From an uncultured Candidatus Saccharibacteria bacterium (GTDB lineage: Bacteria; Patescibacteriota; Saccharimonadia; CAILAD01; BJGX01), in the NCBI GenBank assembly GCA_964425715.1, contig CAYRNO010000002.1:5443-69442 (forward strand): a stretch of 64,000 nt of DNA, in the 5' to 3' direction. Position numbers and translations under genes: made by a program. The notes under the pieces were generated by a model, which saw only the letters and a program-made list of their open reading frames with translations, did not search any database and was not told the DNA's origin. Shown one piece after another: positions 62,995 through 64,000 of this stretch. Position 1 is the first letter of the stretch. Each line of letters begins with the position of its first letter.

Positions 62995-63835
62995 TCCGGT
63001 TTCCAAGATCAATATACTCGGTGTTGGTATTGACAACCTCGACATAGATGGAGCCAATCTATACATCAAAAATCTTGTCCAAAATACTAACTCTACAAAT
63101 CACTATGTAGTAAAACCATATGTGGAATTTATGACCAAAGCACATAATGACCACCGTATAAAAACAATATTAAACGATGCTGATCTGGTGCTCCCTGATG
63201 GAATTTCACTGCAGTGGGCTTCGAGTTATTTATACGGTAATCCAAAAAGAGCCTTTTTAAAAACTATTCGTAGCTTATTGTTTTGGATGCATGATGATAA
63301 GTGGCGTACACAGATTCTAAAACAAAATCTAGGTGGTCCAAACCAAACCATTCCATTGCTAAAAATGGCTGAAGAAAATAACTGGAGTATTGGAATCGTG
63401 GGTGGAAAACAAGCAGAGCAAAAACACAGAAAACATAACCTTAATAAGATTTTCCCTGGAATTAAACGACTATATTGCTGGGAGGGATACTATAATCAAG
63501 ATAGTATTCGAGATATTATCACGGAAATGAAATCTAAGAAATTAGATATCTTATTTGTAGCGATGGGATTCCCTAAACAAGAAGAATTTATTTTTCGTTA
63601 TAAAAAAGAAGGTATCGCCAAAGTTCTCATTGGCGAGGGTGGTACTTTTGACTATGATGAATTAGGCGGCACAACCAAAAGAGCGCCAAAAAAGATACAG
63701 CTTATAGGGCTAGAATGGGCCTGGCGAATCATAGTCCAACCCAAACGGATACTAAGATTATTTAGTATATTAAAGTTTATCATTTTGATAAAGCAATTTT
63801 CTCGATCAACTACAACTAAACTGTTTACGCTTTAG
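62978..63835 (+). CDS. WecB/TagA/CpsF (GT26) family glycosyltransferase
   Basis: INILGVGIDN...DLVLPDGISLQWA...ILFVAMGFPKQEEF is the typical GT26 pattern. Confidence 0.75.
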   Translation: MKNKTNPVSKINILGVGIDNLDIDGANLYIKNLVQNTNSTNHYVVKPYVEFMTKAHNDHRIKTILNDADLVLPDGISLQWASSYLYGNPKRAFLKTIRSLLFWMHDDKWRTQILKQNLGGPNQTIPLLKMAEENNWSIGIVGGKQAEQKHRKHNLNKIFPGIKRLYCWEGYYNQDSIRDIITEMKSKKLDILFVAMGFPKQEEFIFRYKKEGIAKVLIGEGGTFDYDELGGTTKRAPKKIQLIGLEWAWRIIVQPKRILRLFSILKFIILIKQFSRSTTTKLFTL

Positions 63836-63884
63836 TATAGATATATTACAATAATTACAATGCTTAATAGAAATGTAACTACTT

Positions 63885-64000
63885 ATGAAGTGTAAAATTT
63901 GTGATTCAAAAGATCAAATAGAGATAGCTGGTAAAACATTCTGTGCCAACTGTGGTGGTGTCAACTCATTTGTAGACAATAATACTATTCCTGACTCAAC
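63885..64000 (+). CDS. zinc-ribbon protein, N-terminal fragment (runs off window)
   Basis: ATG 63885 gives MKCKICDSKDQIEIAGKTFCANCGGVNSF..., with two CxxC pairs. It is truncated by the window end. Confidence 0.4.
   Translation, partial: MKCKICDSKDQIEIAGKTFCANCGGVNSFVDNNTIPDS

Overview
This is a 64-kb chromosomal segment from an AT-rich, gene-dense, streamlined bacterium. I call about 65 protein genes and one tRNA-Leu(CAA). I saw no rRNA, CRISPR array, transposase or integrase.

Taxonomy (inference only): the gene content fits a CPR/Patescibacteria genome, most plausibly Saccharibacteria (TM7)-like.
- It has a Gram-positive-type envelope toolkit: LCP, a sortase plus an LPXTG substrate, an Rpf-like muramidase, and FtsEX followed by coiled-coil CHAP and M23 hydrolases.
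- The rpsB-tsf-frr-uppS-rseP cluster lacks pyrH and cdsA.
- There are many small acidic or Pro-rich hypothetical proteins.
- RF1 and RF2 are both present and the ORFs read cleanly in genetic code 11.

Most of the window is housekeeping: lepB, prmC-prfA-rpmE, rpsB-tsf-frr-uppS-rseP, mreBCD-pbp2, greA, lysS, serS, hpf, secA, prfB, ftsEX, ctp, pyrG, rpmA, xseAB and a glycan gene cluster.

Two things stand out.
1. A ~10-kb block of function-unknown genes (33.2-43.4 kb) sits between secA and prfB. Its core (38.1-41.7 kb) is three strongly GC-rich, actinobacterial-looking genes, each followed by a GC-clamped hairpin and separated by AT-rich spacers, two of which carry good sigma70-type hexamers. This may be a host-derived cassette.
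2. A ~640-nt GC-rich, densely base-paired noncoding transcript (6.39-7.02 kb, minus strand) lies behind a perfect TTGACA-17-TATAAT promoter. I could not assign it to tmRNA, RNase P, SRP RNA or a riboswitch class.

Smaller observations:
- apparently leaderless mRNAs;
- a probable AUA start codon;
- a degenerate Fic protein;
- a 34-aa Cys-rich ORF;
- a relatively GC-rich Rpf-like gene;
- an ART-like/degenerate-HD protein.

All GC figures are hand counts on short samples. No database search was possible.
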